Shown here piece after piece: positions 54,578 through 64,000 of a DNA stretch of 64,000 bases. The notes below the pieces were generated by a model, which saw only the letters and a program-made list of their open reading frames with translations, searched no databases and was not told where the DNA came from. Source of the stretch: an uncultured bacterium. Lineage in GTDB: Bacteria; Latescibacterota; MWCZ01. The stretch covers positions 6,200 to 70,199 of the forward strand of contig CAZEAI010000001.1 in the NCBI GenBank assembly GCA_964510105.1, in the 5' to 3' direction. The first letter of the stretch is position 1. Each line of letters opens with the position of its first letter. A program made the translations under genes and the position numbers.

Positions 54578-55753
54578 GTGGCAACTGAGCCAGAGGACAC
54601 GATTCAGATGAGCCTCCCGCACGACGATCATGTCGACGAGTGGCGCCGGCTCTTCCCGGTTTCGGCGAAGTACGCCTACCTGAATCACGCTGCGGTGTCG
54701 CCGATCTCGCGCCCGGTACGCGACGCGATGGTGGACCTTGCCGACGACGTGATGGAGCATGGCCTCGTCAACGTGAAGCGCTGGTACGCGACCGTCGAGG
54801 CCACGCGCCGCGCCGCCGCCGCCCTGCTGCGCACGGAACCGAAACACGTCGCGTTCGCGAAGAACACATCCGAGGGCCTGAGCTTCGTCGCGGCCGGCTA
54901 TCCGTGGCAGCGGGGCGACGAAGTCGTCACTTCCCGGGCGGAATTCCCATCGAACCGCTTCCCCTGGCTGAACCTCGCCGACTTGGGCGTCAGGACGATC
55001 CTCGTCGACGACGATGCGGGATGTCTGCCCGCCGAGCGCCTCCTCGACGCGCTCACGCCTCGCACACGCGTCCTGGCGGTGAGCGCCGTGCAGTACGTCT
55101 CCGGTTACCGCGCCGACCTTGCCGCGCTCGGGGAAGCATGCGCCGAACGCGACGTGTTGTTCGTCATCGATGGGATCCAGGCAATCGGCGCGCAGCCACT
55201 CCATCCGGAGGAGATTGGCGCCGACGTTGTGGCGGCGGACGCCCACAAGTGGATGCTCGGGCCGGAAGGTATCGGCATCGTGTATTTGTCGGACCGAGCA
55301 CTCGACGCACTGCGCGTGACCGAGGTGGGTTGGGCGAGCGCCGCCAACGCCGGCGATTTCGAGGTGCAGGATTTCGTCCTGCATCCCGACGCCAGACGGT
55401 TCGAGCCGGGCACACCGACGACCATCGCACTCTACGGCCTGAGAGCCGCGCTCGATCTCATCAACGGCGTGGGTCTGGGCATGGTCGCCGAGCGGGTGCT
55501 CGCGCTGGCGGACCACGCTCGACACGCCGCGCGCGACCGTGGCTGGGGCGTGTATGGGCCGCAGGCCGGACCGAATCGTTCGGGAATCGTCTCCGTGGAA
55601 GTGCCGGGCGACACGGATCGGCTCCAGCGGGATATGTGGGCGCGCGGCGTGATCGTCAGCTCGCGCGGCGGCCGGATTCGGCTTTCGCCTCACTTCTACA
55701 ATACGGCTCTGGAGATAGATCACGCTTACGACACTCTTGCATCGCTCGCGTGA
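54578..55753 (+). CDS. Aminotransferase class V / cysteine desulfurase-like PLP enzyme
   Basis: 'YLNHAA', 'NTSEG', 'DGIQ', 'DAHKWMLGPEG', 'RLSPHFYN'. Confidence 0.88.
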   Translation: MATEPEDTIQMSLPHDDHVDEWRRLFPVSAKYAYLNHAAVSPISRPVRDAMVDLADDVMEHGLVNVKRWYATVEATRRAAAALLRTEPKHVAFAKNTSEGLSFVAAGYPWQRGDEVVTSRAEFPSNRFPWLNLADLGVRTILVDDDAGCLPAERLLDALTPRTRVLAVSAVQYVSGYRADLAALGEACAERDVLFVIDGIQAIGAQPLHPEEIGADVVAADAHKWMLGPEGIGIVYLSDRALDALRVTEVGWASAANAGDFEVQDFVLHPDARRFEPGTPTTIALYGLRAALDLINGVGLGMVAERVLALADHARHAARDRGWGVYGPQAGPNRSGIVSVEVPGDTDRLQRDMWARGVIVSSRGGRIRLSPHFYNTALEIDHAYDTLASLA

Positions 55754-55846
55754 TGTGGCGATAGTTCAGCGTATATTCATACCGAGTTTCCGGTCGCGAC
55801 CCCCGCGACTCGTCGGTTTCAAGTGTATTCGTTGGGAGGACGGATC

Positions 55847-57451
55847 ATGCTGGAGACAATCGATCTCTCCCGATCCCTCGACAAAGCGTCCTACAAGGAG
55901 TGTTTCCCCGCCCTCAAGGCCTCGCTGGCGCTGCTGCAACGCAGGGCGTTCGAGTCGGGCATGACGACCATCGTCGTCTTCGAAGGGCTGGATGCCGCCG
56001 GCAAGGGCGATACCATCGGACAACTTGTCAACGAACTCGACCCTCGCGGGTTCCGTGTTCACGTCACCTCGCCACCAACCGAGGAAGAGCGCCTGCACCC
56101 GTTCCTCTGGCGGCACTGGCTGAGGCTGCCCGCCGCCGGAGGTATCGGCGTCTTCGACCGCTCGTGGTATCAGCGCGTGCTCGGCGAGCGTGTCAGCGGA
56201 GACCTGAAGCCTCGCGAGTGGCAGCAGGCGTATCAGGAGATCAACCAGTTCGAGCAGCAGCTCGCCGAGGACGGGCATGTAATCATCAAGCTCTTCCTCC
56301 ACATCAGCAAGAAAGAGCAGAGGGCTCGCTTCAAGCAAATGGCGAGGAGCGACGTCGAAGCGTGGCGCGTGGACGAGGAGGGCCTCGACCAGAATCGGCG
56401 CTACGACGAGTACATCGAAGTCGCCGAGGAAATGCTCGAGCGCACGGGCACGTCGCATGCGCCCTGGACGGTGATTGAAGCCACGGACCGACGTTACCGA
56501 CGCGTGAAGACGTTCCAGACAGTGATCCAGGCGCTGGACGAGGGTCTCGAACGCAAGGAGCTACGCGAGGAGACTCGCGGGAAGCTGCTTGACGAGCAGC
56601 GCGCCGAAGCGGAGAAGCGTCGAAAGCAGAAGCCGAAGGCGGAACCGGAGGTGGACGGCGAGGCTCCAGCAGAGGCCGAAGTGGTCGCTGTGGAACCCGA
56701 AGGACCGCTCGACAACCTGCCGACGGTACTCGATCGCGTGGACCTCGAATCGCGTCTCGAACCGGGGGAATACAAGAAGCGCCGGAAGAAGCTGCAGGAA
56801 CGCCTTCGCGAGCTTGAGTTCGAGTGCTTCATGCAGCGGATGCCGGTTGTGATCGCATATGAAGGCTGGGATGCAGCGGGCAAGGGCGGTAACATCCGGC
56901 GCGTCACCGAAGTGCTGGACCCGCGCGGCTACTACGTCGTGCCGATCGGCGCGCCGAAAGGCGACGACGCCACTCACCACTACCTCTGGCGCTTCTGGCG
57001 AAACCTGCCCAAAGCGGGGCACATCGCCATCTATGATCGCACCTGGTATGGACGCGTCCTCGTCGAACGCGTCGAGAACCTCATCACGCGCGACGAGTGG
57101 CGCCGGGGCTTCACTGAGATCAACGAGTTCGAGCAGATGCTCGTGAACTACGGCATGGTAGTCGTGAAGTTCTGGCTGCACATCAGCCAGGAGGAGCAGT
57201 TAGCGCGCTTCGAGGGCCGTCAGGTAAACGAAGCGAAGCGGTACAAGATCACCGACGAGGACTGGCGCAACCGCGAAAAGTGGGACGAATACCGGGGCGC
57301 CGTCGTGGAGATGCTCGAACGAACAAGCACGAGCTACGCGCCGTGGACGATCCTCGCGGGCGAAGACAAACAGTCGGCGCGCATTCAGGGGCTGGAAACG
57401 ATCGTCGAAGCGATTGAGAAGGGCCTCGACGCGCGCAAGAACGGCGGGTGA
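55847..57451 (+). CDS. pap: Two-domain polyphosphate kinase 2 (polyphosphate:AMP phosphotransferase, class II)
   Basis: Two PPK2 domains: 'FEGLDAAGKG..FDRSWY' and 'YEGWDAAGKG..YDRTWYGRVLVERVE'. Confidence 0.88.
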   Translation: MLETIDLSRSLDKASYKECFPALKASLALLQRRAFESGMTTIVVFEGLDAAGKGDTIGQLVNELDPRGFRVHVTSPPTEEERLHPFLWRHWLRLPAAGGIGVFDRSWYQRVLGERVSGDLKPREWQQAYQEINQFEQQLAEDGHVIIKLFLHISKKEQRARFKQMARSDVEAWRVDEEGLDQNRRYDEYIEVAEEMLERTGTSHAPWTVIEATDRRYRRVKTFQTVIQALDEGLERKELREETRGKLLDEQRAEAEKRRKQKPKAEPEVDGEAPAEAEVVAVEPEGPLDNLPTVLDRVDLESRLEPGEYKKRRKKLQERLRELEFECFMQRMPVVIAYEGWDAAGKGGNIRRVTEVLDPRGYYVVPIGAPKGDDATHHYLWRFWRNLPKAGHIAIYDRTWYGRVLVERVENLITRDEWRRGFTEINEFEQMLVNYGMVVVKFWLHISQEEQLARFEGRQVNEAKRYKITDEDWRNREKWDEYRGAVVEMLERTSTSYAPWTILAGEDKQSARIQGLETIVEAIEKGLDARKNGG

Positions 57452-57455
57452 CGAC

Positions 57456-59042
57456 CTAGAACCGCACGGGAATGTGCCAGTCGACGTCGAACCGCAGGTG
57501 GTAGTCCCACTCGCGGTCGGTCCAGTCGTTCCCGGCGTTGTCGAGCGTGTGTCCGAACGCTCCGAGCGTGACGTACGCCCCTCGTAGCGGCGGCGCCTCG
57601 ACGAGTATGCCGAATGTCGTCGCCTGCTCGACGATGCCCCAGGGAACAGGCTCGTCGTGATAGCCGAAGTTGCTCGACGTGTCCTTCGGGAATTCCGTGC
57701 CCAGTTTCGTCTCGCCCTCGCGACGGTGACTGAGCAGCCCGGTCACGCGGTAGCCGCTGGCGGTTTCCCACGTACCGTCGGCGAAGAGCGCGTCGCCGTC
57801 CTGCCCCATGAAATGCCCGAGGACGCTGCCGCGATTCGTGTACCGCTGGTAGTTCACGAGGTTGTAGTAGCTGTACACCCACCGGTTGATGCGCGTGTAC
57901 TCCGCTCCGCAGCCGAATCGATCCAGCCCGAACGGCGCCGCCCACCGAAATCCGGCCGTCCACCCCATGTGATGCGGCGATCCGTAGTCCAGCGAGATGT
58001 CGTCCACGCCGAACTCCACGTACGCCTCCACGCCGCGCGCGGGTCGGAGCGTCGCATCCAGGCCGAAGAAGCCGTTCGACGATTCGTCCGAATTCACCTC
58101 GTCGGCCATGAGGAGCGAGACAGGGCTCGACCGGATGAGCGAGAAGTTCTGCGCGTCCGCGCTGTAGTTGATCATCTCGCCGGCGCCGATTTCGAGCCAG
58201 TGCGCAGGGGTTACCACGAGACGATGTCCGGACAGGAATCGGTTCACCGACGTGTATTGCGTGAAGATCTCGGGCTGTAGCTCAGCGGCGAACCACGTGA
58301 AGTGGAACCAACTCCGGTGCATCGTGAAGCCCACTGCGTCGAGTTCCGGCGCGTTCTCGGACAGGCTCAGATTACCGTTGCGCGCGGGACCCCAGATCAC
58401 CGGGAAGCGTCCGAGCGACGCGACGGCCCAGTCGTTTTCGTAGAGAATGCCAGCGGTCTCTACGTATCCGGTCGCTCCCAGGGCGAACGTTTAGTCGCGG
58501 CGGGCGTTGAGGTCGCTATCATGCAGCCCGTCGGTGTCCGCCTCCATCCGGACCTGACCCGCCAGACGCTCGCTCAGCCTGCCCACTGCGTTGAACGTGT
58601 TGATCGACCGCAAAGCATCCTGTGGGGCCGTCTCGGTCGCCGGAAGCCGGTGCGCGCGAGGCTGATCGAGGCGCGTAGGATTCGCCTGAACGACCAGGCG
58701 CGGGTTCACGTCCAGCGCCACGATCGGGTAGCGACTGCCGTCGCCGCCATCTGGCAATCCGGGGAGATCCTTCGCGAACATCGCCATGAGGCGCTCCGCG
58801 ATCTCGCGCTCATACCCGCTGAGATCGCCATTCCCAAGCAGGCGATGAGCGCCCACTGCGACTGCCCGCCGCGTGTACGGCCGGATCGTGGCGGCAGGCA
58901 CAACCATGTGCCCGCGTACGCGCAGCGCGTCGATATCCCGGTACGCGCGATGGTCCGGCAAGATGTACGCCGCGTGTACGGCCGTCGCGGCCACCACCAC
59001 CACGACACAGGTCGCAAAGAGTCCGCGCGATAGGAGGTTCAC
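57456..59042 (-). pseudogene. wzi: Capsule assembly Wzi family gene interrupted by in-frame TAA at 58491-58493
   Basis: Signal peptide and 'RPYTR' upstream; same frame continues '...NARRD*TFALGATGYVETAG..GRFPVIWGP..LSLSENAP..HRL' downstream. Confidence 0.7.
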
Positions 59043-60919
59043 GCCGCCGCTCCAGTCTCCGTGCCGGGCAATGCAACAGGGCCGCCCCCGTCGCCGTCGA
59101 TGAATGTGCGGTGCCACAGCTCGACGTTCAGCAGCATCCAGAGCTGTTCGCCATACGTGCCGCGGCGACGGTGTTCCCGCAGCGCCTCCACGACGCGCCG
59201 CTGGTCGAACAGGCCACGTTGCCGGGTGCGGACGTCGAGCAGCACCTCCTCGACACCGCCGTGAAGCTCGCCGCCGAACCACTTCACGAGTGGACCGGGC
59301 GTGCCACGCTTGTCCCGCCTGTCGAGGATCGCGTCGGGCGTGACGCCGCGCATCGACTCGCGCAGAATGTACTTCGTGACAAGGTGCCGCATCTTCAACT
59401 CCGGCGGTATCGTCGCGGCAAACTCGACGACGCGGTGATCCAGCAGGGGCACACGCGATTCCAGCGACACCGACATGCTCATACGATCTTCCGCGTGGAG
59501 CAACCCCGGCAGGTAGTTCTTGATCTCCCAGTAAAGCATACGATTCATCGGGTCCGCGATGGGCACACCCGCCATGATCTCGGCCTCGGTGTCGTGAGCG
59601 GCGCTCCGCAGCGGGTCCGCGAGCAGATCGAGCATCGTCGAACGTTTCGCGATCTTCGTGCGCACGCGCCCCAGCCCGACAATGCGCACGTGTTCCATGA
59701 AGTTGCGGAACGTCGGCAGCAGGTCGGCGAGCGAGCGACGTCCGAGCGCGGTGTCTCGCAACATGCCCCGAAGGTACCGGGGGAAGAAGCGGTAATAGCC
59801 ACCCAAAAGCTCGTCCCCGCCCTGCCCGCCGAGACATACGGTGACGTTCTCACGGGCGATCTTCGAGAGGAAATACTGCGACACCGTCGGGGAGGCGACA
59901 ACCGGCTCGTCCAGCCACCAGACGACGTTCGGCAGCATCGACCAGCTTTCGCACATGCCGGGCACAATTTCGGAGTGGGTCGTCGGGTACCGCTCGCGCA
60001 CCATCGCGATGAAGCGCCGTTCGTCGAACTCGGGACCCTCGTCGAACGCCAGCGAGAACGAATGCATCTCGCCGAGCCGTGGCTGCGCCAGAGACACAAT
60101 CGACGACGAATCGATCCCGCCGCTCAGGTAGCAGCCCACCGGGACGTCGCTTCGCAGCCGAAGTCGCACTGCGTCGTCGATGATGTCGTGCAGCCGCTCC
60201 GCATACGGGCCGACCGGGGCGTGCAAGTCGGGCTCCGATTCATGCGGGAGATCCCAGTATCGCTGCACGCGCTCCGAATCGGGTCCGACAAGCAGCCAGT
60301 GACCGGGGAGCAGCCGCTCGATTCCGTTGAAGAACGTCTCGCGGCCCGTGGTGTACATGTGCCGGACGTACTGGTACATCGCGCGCGGATTCGCCTCGCG
60401 CCGTACCTCCCCGGATGCGAGGATCGCCTTGATTTCCGATGCGAAGATGAGCCCGCCGTCGACGCGAGCGTAGTACAGCGGCTTGATGCCGATACGGTCG
60501 CGCGCGAGCCAGACCGTATGCTCCACGGAGTCGTAGATGGCGAACGCGAACATGCCGTTGAACCGTTCGAGGCACGCTGTTCCGTATTCCCGATACGAGG
60601 CGAGAATCACCTCGGTGTCGGTGCCGGAACGGAACGTGTGCCCACGCGCCTCCAGCTCGACGCGAAGCTCGATGTAGTTGTAGATCTCGCCGTTGTAGAC
60701 GATCCAGTAGCGACCGTCGGGGGTGCTCATCGGCTGGTGCCCGGCGGACGACAGATCGATGATGCTCAGCCGGACGTGTCCGAGCCCGATCCCCGGCGCA
60801 AGATGGCGACCACGATCGTCCGGACCACGATACGGCATGACGTCGCCCATGGCATCGAGCGCGTGCTCAATGATGCCCTGCTCGCGAGAGCGCCGGTAGA
60901 TGCCCCAGATGCCGCACAC
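59039..60919 (-). CDS. asnB: Asparagine synthase-like glutamine amidotransferase (polysaccharide cluster)
   Basis: '(M)CGI', 'RGPD', 'HVRLSIIDL..GHQP', 'NGEIYN', 'LSGGIDSS', 'GGDEL', 'DRMSM..SLESRVP'. Confidence 0.92.
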   Translation of the reverse strand: MCGIWGIYRRSREQGIIEHALDAMGDVMPYRGPDDRGRHLAPGIGLGHVRLSIIDLSSAGHQPMSTPDGRYWIVYNGEIYNYIELRVELEARGHTFRSGTDTEVILASYREYGTACLERFNGMFAFAIYDSVEHTVWLARDRIGIKPLYYARVDGGLIFASEIKAILASGEVRREANPRAMYQYVRHMYTTGRETFFNGIERLLPGHWLLVGPDSERVQRYWDLPHESEPDLHAPVGPYAERLHDIIDDAVRLRLRSDVPVGCYLSGGIDSSSIVSLAQPRLGEMHSFSLAFDEGPEFDERRFIAMVRERYPTTHSEIVPGMCESWSMLPNVVWWLDEPVVASPTVSQYFLSKIARENVTVCLGGQGGDELLGGYYRFFPRYLRGMLRDTALGRRSLADLLPTFRNFMEHVRIVGLGRVRTKIAKRSTMLDLLADPLRSAAHDTEAEIMAGVPIADPMNRMLYWEIKNYLPGLLHAEDRMSMSVSLESRVPLLDHRVVEFAATIPPELKMRHLVTKYILRESMRGVTPDAILDRRDKRGTPGPLVKWFGGELHGGVEEVLLDVRTRQRGLFDQRRVVEALREHRRRGTYGEQLWMLLNVELWHRTFIDGDGGGPVALPGTETGAAA

Positions 60920-60923
60920 CGGC

Positions 60924-61997
60924 CTACTCCGATCCGTCGCGCGCGGATTCGACGAGTCGTGCAACGTCGCCAACGTCGTTCACGCGGTTCTTGTCGCAAA
61001 CGAGAACGTTATCCGGCGTCACGACGATGACGAGTTCACGGGTACCGATCGTCGCGAGAAACGTGCCGTCCGCGCAATGCACCGTATCCCGGGAGTCGAA
61101 CGCCAACGCGTCGCCGCGCACGACGTTGCCGTCCTCATCGGTGGGCCAGATCTTGCCCACCGTCGACCACGTGCCCAGATCGACGCGCTCGATGCCGCTA
61201 TCGACGACGTAGGCGCGATCCGTGTGCTCCACGACGGCGTGATCGATGGACCGGGAGGGTATCTCCGCGTATGCCGCCGCGAAGTCGGCATCGCGGTCCG
61301 CCAGCGCGCTGTCGAGCGCCGGCAGCACATCCGGAGCGTGCGCGGTAAGCTCCTCCAACAACGTGTCCGCCCGCCAGCAGAACATGCCGCTGTTCCAGAA
61401 ACACGACCCGTCGGCGAGGTAGCGTTGCGCGGTCTCCGCCGGTGGCTTCTCGTGGAACTGCGCGACCGGATGTACGCGCGGCTCATCGTCGTCGGTCGCC
61501 TGGTCACCGGGCAGGATGTAGCCGTACTGCGTCCTCGGACCTTCGGGCGTAAGCCCGAACAGGACTACCCCACGACGTTCCTGCGCCACGTCGACCGCAC
61601 GACGCGCTGCGCTACGAAACGTATCGGGGTTCAGGATGTGGTGGTCCGCGGAGAGTACGAGCATGACGCCGTCGGGATCGCGTGAGAGGATCTCGCGCAT
61701 CGCCCAGGCCACGGCAGGAGCCGTATTCCGGCCGCTGGGCTCGCCCAGGATGTTCCCGGCGGGAAGTTCGGGCAGATGCTCCCCCACGAGGCCGCGATGC
61801 TCCTCCGCCGCTACGACCAGCGTCCGCTCAGCCGGCGCGAGTGGAGCGGCGCGGTCGAACGTCGCCTGGATCATGCTGCGGTCGCCCGCCACGCGCAGAA
61901 ACTGCTTCGGGAGATCGCCCGTGCTGAGCGGCCAGAATCGCGTTCCGGCTCCGCCCGCCAGGATCACAACCCACGTGTGCTCACGCTCGCGGGACAT
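60924..61997 (-). CDS. manC: Mannose-1-phosphate guanylyltransferase
   Basis: 'ILAGGAGTRFWPLS..PKQFL', 'EPSGRNTAPA', 'ADH', 'FHEKP', 'WNSGMF', 'SIDHAVVE'. Confidence 0.9.
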   Translation of the reverse strand: MSREREHTWVVILAGGAGTRFWPLSTGDLPKQFLRVAGDRSMIQATFDRAAPLAPAERTLVVAAEEHRGLVGEHLPELPAGNILGEPSGRNTAPAVAWAMREILSRDPDGVMLVLSADHHILNPDTFRSAARRAVDVAQERRGVVLFGLTPEGPRTQYGYILPGDQATDDDEPRVHPVAQFHEKPPAETAQRYLADGSCFWNSGMFCWRADTLLEELTAHAPDVLPALDSALADRDADFAAAYAEIPSRSIDHAVVEHTDRAYVVDSGIERVDLGTWSTVGKIWPTDEDGNVVRGDALAFDSRDTVHCADGTFLATIGTRELVIVVTPDNVLVCDKNRVNDVGDVARLVESARDGSE

Positions 61998-62001
61998 GCT
62001 C

Positions 62002-62958
62002 CTACAGCACCGAGCCGGCGCGGTCTTCCCAGTTGTACACCCACTCGCCGTCCAGCTTCGTCGCGAACCGGCCGCGATAGTAGTCGCGGTTCTTCAGCTC
62101 GTCGTCGCCCATATCGCGGGTAGGCTGGCCGAGCAGAGGCTCGAGATCGGGAACAAGCTCGCGGACGTGCGCCTCCTGCGCCGCTTTCGGTAGCTCGGCG
62201 AAGTCGGCCAGCTCACGCAGGTGATCGGGGGTGATTGATACGGGTCCGTCCTTGGTGTCCTTCGGGCCGAGCACGGTGAAGTGCCGCTCGATGAAATCCG
62301 CGCCGTACCAGATCGCCACCTTCGACGCGGTGATTCCATCGCGCTCGATGAGCGTGTGGTCGCTGAACCCCACGAGCGGAGCGAACTGGCGGAGCCAATT
62401 CATGCGGCGCAGATGAAGCTCGTCCAGCGGCGTCGGGTAGATCGTTACGCAATGCAGGAACGCGTAGACACGATTCGCGAGTATGTCCGCGGCGCGCTGG
62501 ATTTCCTCGTCATACGTGGCGCCGGTGGATACAACGAGGAACTGGAAGTCGTCGCGCATCTCGCGCACCAGCGGATAGCTGGCGCAGTCGTAGCTTGCCA
62601 GCTTCACGCCGGCCCAGTTCCCCGCGCTCCGGACGAGGGGAACGCGCCCCATGTTGAAGACGGTCGTCATGGGCAGCACGTCGTGCTTCTCACACTCCTC
62701 CACGAAGATCGCGTGAGCCTCAGGCGGCAGATCGACGCCCGTCAGACGCTCGAACTCCGGCGCGTACGGACGAGTGATGGAGTCGCCGTCGGCACCCTCT
62801 TCGAAGCGCGGGCGGTCCGTGAGGTCTTCGCTGAAGATGGACTGCATCTTCACGTAGGTGGCTCCCGCGTCGGCGGCGGCAGCGACCATTCTCTTCAGGA
62901 GCGCCATGTCTCCATTGTGATTCTGACAGATTTCCGCGATGATCCTGGCCCGCGCCAT
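62002..62958 (-). CDS. N-acetylneuraminate synthase family protein (NeuB/SpsE-like)
   Basis: 'IIAEICQNHNGD', 'KLASYD', 'STG', 'LHCVTIYPT', 'GFSDHT', 'IERHFT'. Confidence 0.88.
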   Translation of the reverse strand: MARARIIAEICQNHNGDMALLKRMVAAAADAGATYVKMQSIFSEDLTDRPRFEEGADGDSITRPYAPEFERLTGVDLPPEAHAIFVEECEKHDVLPMTTVFNMGRVPLVRSAGNWAGVKLASYDCASYPLVREMRDDFQFLVVSTGATYDEEIQRAADILANRVYAFLHCVTIYPTPLDELHLRRMNWLRQFAPLVGFSDHTLIERDGITASKVAIWYGADFIERHFTVLGPKDTKDGPVSITPDHLRELADFAELPKAAQEAHVRELVPDLEPLLGQPTRDMGDDELKNRDYYRGRFATKLDGEWVYNWEDRAGSVL

Positions 62959-62969
62959 GTGAACCCCCT

Positions 62970-63728
62970 CTACGCTTGTGATTGCTCCATGAGCTTTCCG
63001 ATGTAGTATTCCGCAACGATCATGTCGGGCATGATGTCGATATTCGCCGCGCGCTCGGGCGGGATGACGTAAGGCCGGGAAACCTCTCCCTTGAACGATC
63101 CATCCACCATGAGCACGTCCCGCCGCGTGGCATATACCGACCCGGCACGCAGATAGACGGACGGCAGTTCCTGTCGCGGCATGTTCTCCACCGCTTCGTC
63201 GTCATAGTCGCGCATTGGATGGTGTCCGCCAACGTCGACAACGCTGATCACGGAATCCGCGCCGGTGTCGAAGAGCTTCTGAAGGCTCTCATCGATGTCT
63301 TGCGCGGTCCGCATCGGCGTCGTCGGCTGGAGCATCACGACCACGCCGTACTCCTCGCCACGAAGCGCTTCCATCTCAGCGACCGCGTGCTGTATCGTCG
63401 GGATCGCCTGCGCAGCGTCCGTCGCGAGGTGTGACGGCCGCATGAACGGCACTTCGGCGCCATGCACACGAGACACCGCGGCGATTTCCTCATCGTCGGT
63501 CGTCACGACGACGTCCGTGAGCAGTTCGCTGGCCAGGGCCGCCTCAATCGTGTACGCGATAAGCGGCTTGCCGTGCAGCGGGTAGATGTTCTTGCGCGGA
63601 ATGCCCTTCGACCCGCCGCGCGCGGGGATCACTCCGAGTGTGCGTGTGACACCGGACAATGCCGTATCCTCTCCCGTTGGCTCTGAGATGGGCTCCGCGC
63701 TCAGGCGGACGCCCTCTGCGCGAGACAC
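62970..63728 (-). CDS. Acylneuraminate cytidylyltransferase family (NeuA/PseF-like); start uncertain
   Basis: 'IPARGGSKGIPRKN', 'GKPLI', 'LQPTTP', 'PRQELP', 'NID'. Confidence 0.88.
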   Translation of the reverse strand: MSRAEGVRLSAEPISEPTGEDTALSGVTRTLGVIPARGGSKGIPRKNIYPLHGKPLIAYTIEAALASELLTDVVVTTDDEEIAAVSRVHGAEVPFMRPSHLATDAAQAIPTIQHAVAEMEALRGEEYGVVVMLQPTTPMRTAQDIDESLQKLFDTGADSVISVVDVGGHHPMRDYDDEAVENMPRQELPSVYLRAGSVYATRRDVLMVDGSFKGEVSRPYVIPPERAANIDIMPDMIVAEYYIGKLMEQSQA

Positions 63729-64000
63729 GCGTTGGTGAGCTGCTCCGCCAGACGCATCGCCGGCAGCGCCGACCGCAACCCGTGCTCCCGATTCGGTCGA
63801 CCGGTCTCTACCATGTCGAGGAACAACTCGGCCTGCCGGCAGAAGCCGGCCTTGTGGCGAGTGTCCACGTCATCGGGCTCGATTACCCGCTCGACCCAGG
63901 TCCACTTCCCTGAAGCGTCCTTCGCCCCGGCTTCCAGCACGGTACACGTCTCCAACGGAGCGAACACGTAGCGCCTGCCCTGCGAGCAGAAAGTGACCCG
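63701..64000 (-). CDS. Probable Gfo/Idh/MocA oxidoreductase, C-terminal part (truncated by window end)
   Basis: Frame open to 64000; 'FAPLE..DDVD..KAGF..QAELF..AMRLAEQL'. Confidence 0.55.
   Translation of the reverse strand, partial: RVTFCSQGRRYVFAPLETCTVLEAGAKDASGKWTWVERVIEPDDVDTRHKAGFCRQAELFLDMVETGRPNREHGLRSALPAMRLAEQLTNACLAQRASA

Noticed and set aside
59111-61030. Long antisense ORFs (also 8623-10344, 28781-30697, 13126-14757)
   Set aside because: Shadow ORFs opposite well-recognised genes; expected with GC-rich codon bias and carrying no recognisable motifs.
1-64000. CRISPR arrays, tRNA/rRNA, transposases, integrases, prophage genes
   Set aside because: None recognised by reading the sequence and ORF track; intergenic gaps are short and lack periodic repeats.

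Overview
GC-rich (roughly 65%, by eye), gene-dense bacterial chromosomal segment of about 57 CDS. The mix of Gfo/Idh/MocA oxidoreductases, UroD-like, acetylxylan-esterase-like, TPR, TonB and Wzi genes suggests a diderm such as Latescibacterota or Poribacteria (inference). No rRNA, tRNA, CRISPR array or transposase was recognised. Contents: housekeeping genes (mdh, pheA, nadE, IHF/HU, nth-like, dinG, PPK2), a TPR-ExbB-ExbD-ExbD-TonB-TPR-FN3 envelope module, and surface-polysaccharide genes (two Wzi, Wzx, AsnB-like, ManC, NeuB/NeuA-like). Most notable: (1) a stand-alone murJ-murG-mraY module outside any dcw cluster, in which MurG carries a ~300-aa C-terminal HEAT-repeat extension; (2) directly upstream, a Thermococcales-type HypA plus ATPase-type HypB pair with no hydrogenase nearby; (3) a protein with two tandem EVE/PUA-like domains and a degenerate DUF559 nuclease; (4) an archaeal-type ADP-dependent sugar kinase; (5) several highly structured intergenic RNA candidates and a near-perfect CRP-type box; (6) a wzi gene broken by one in-frame TAA. 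All family calls come from motif recognition, not database searches.
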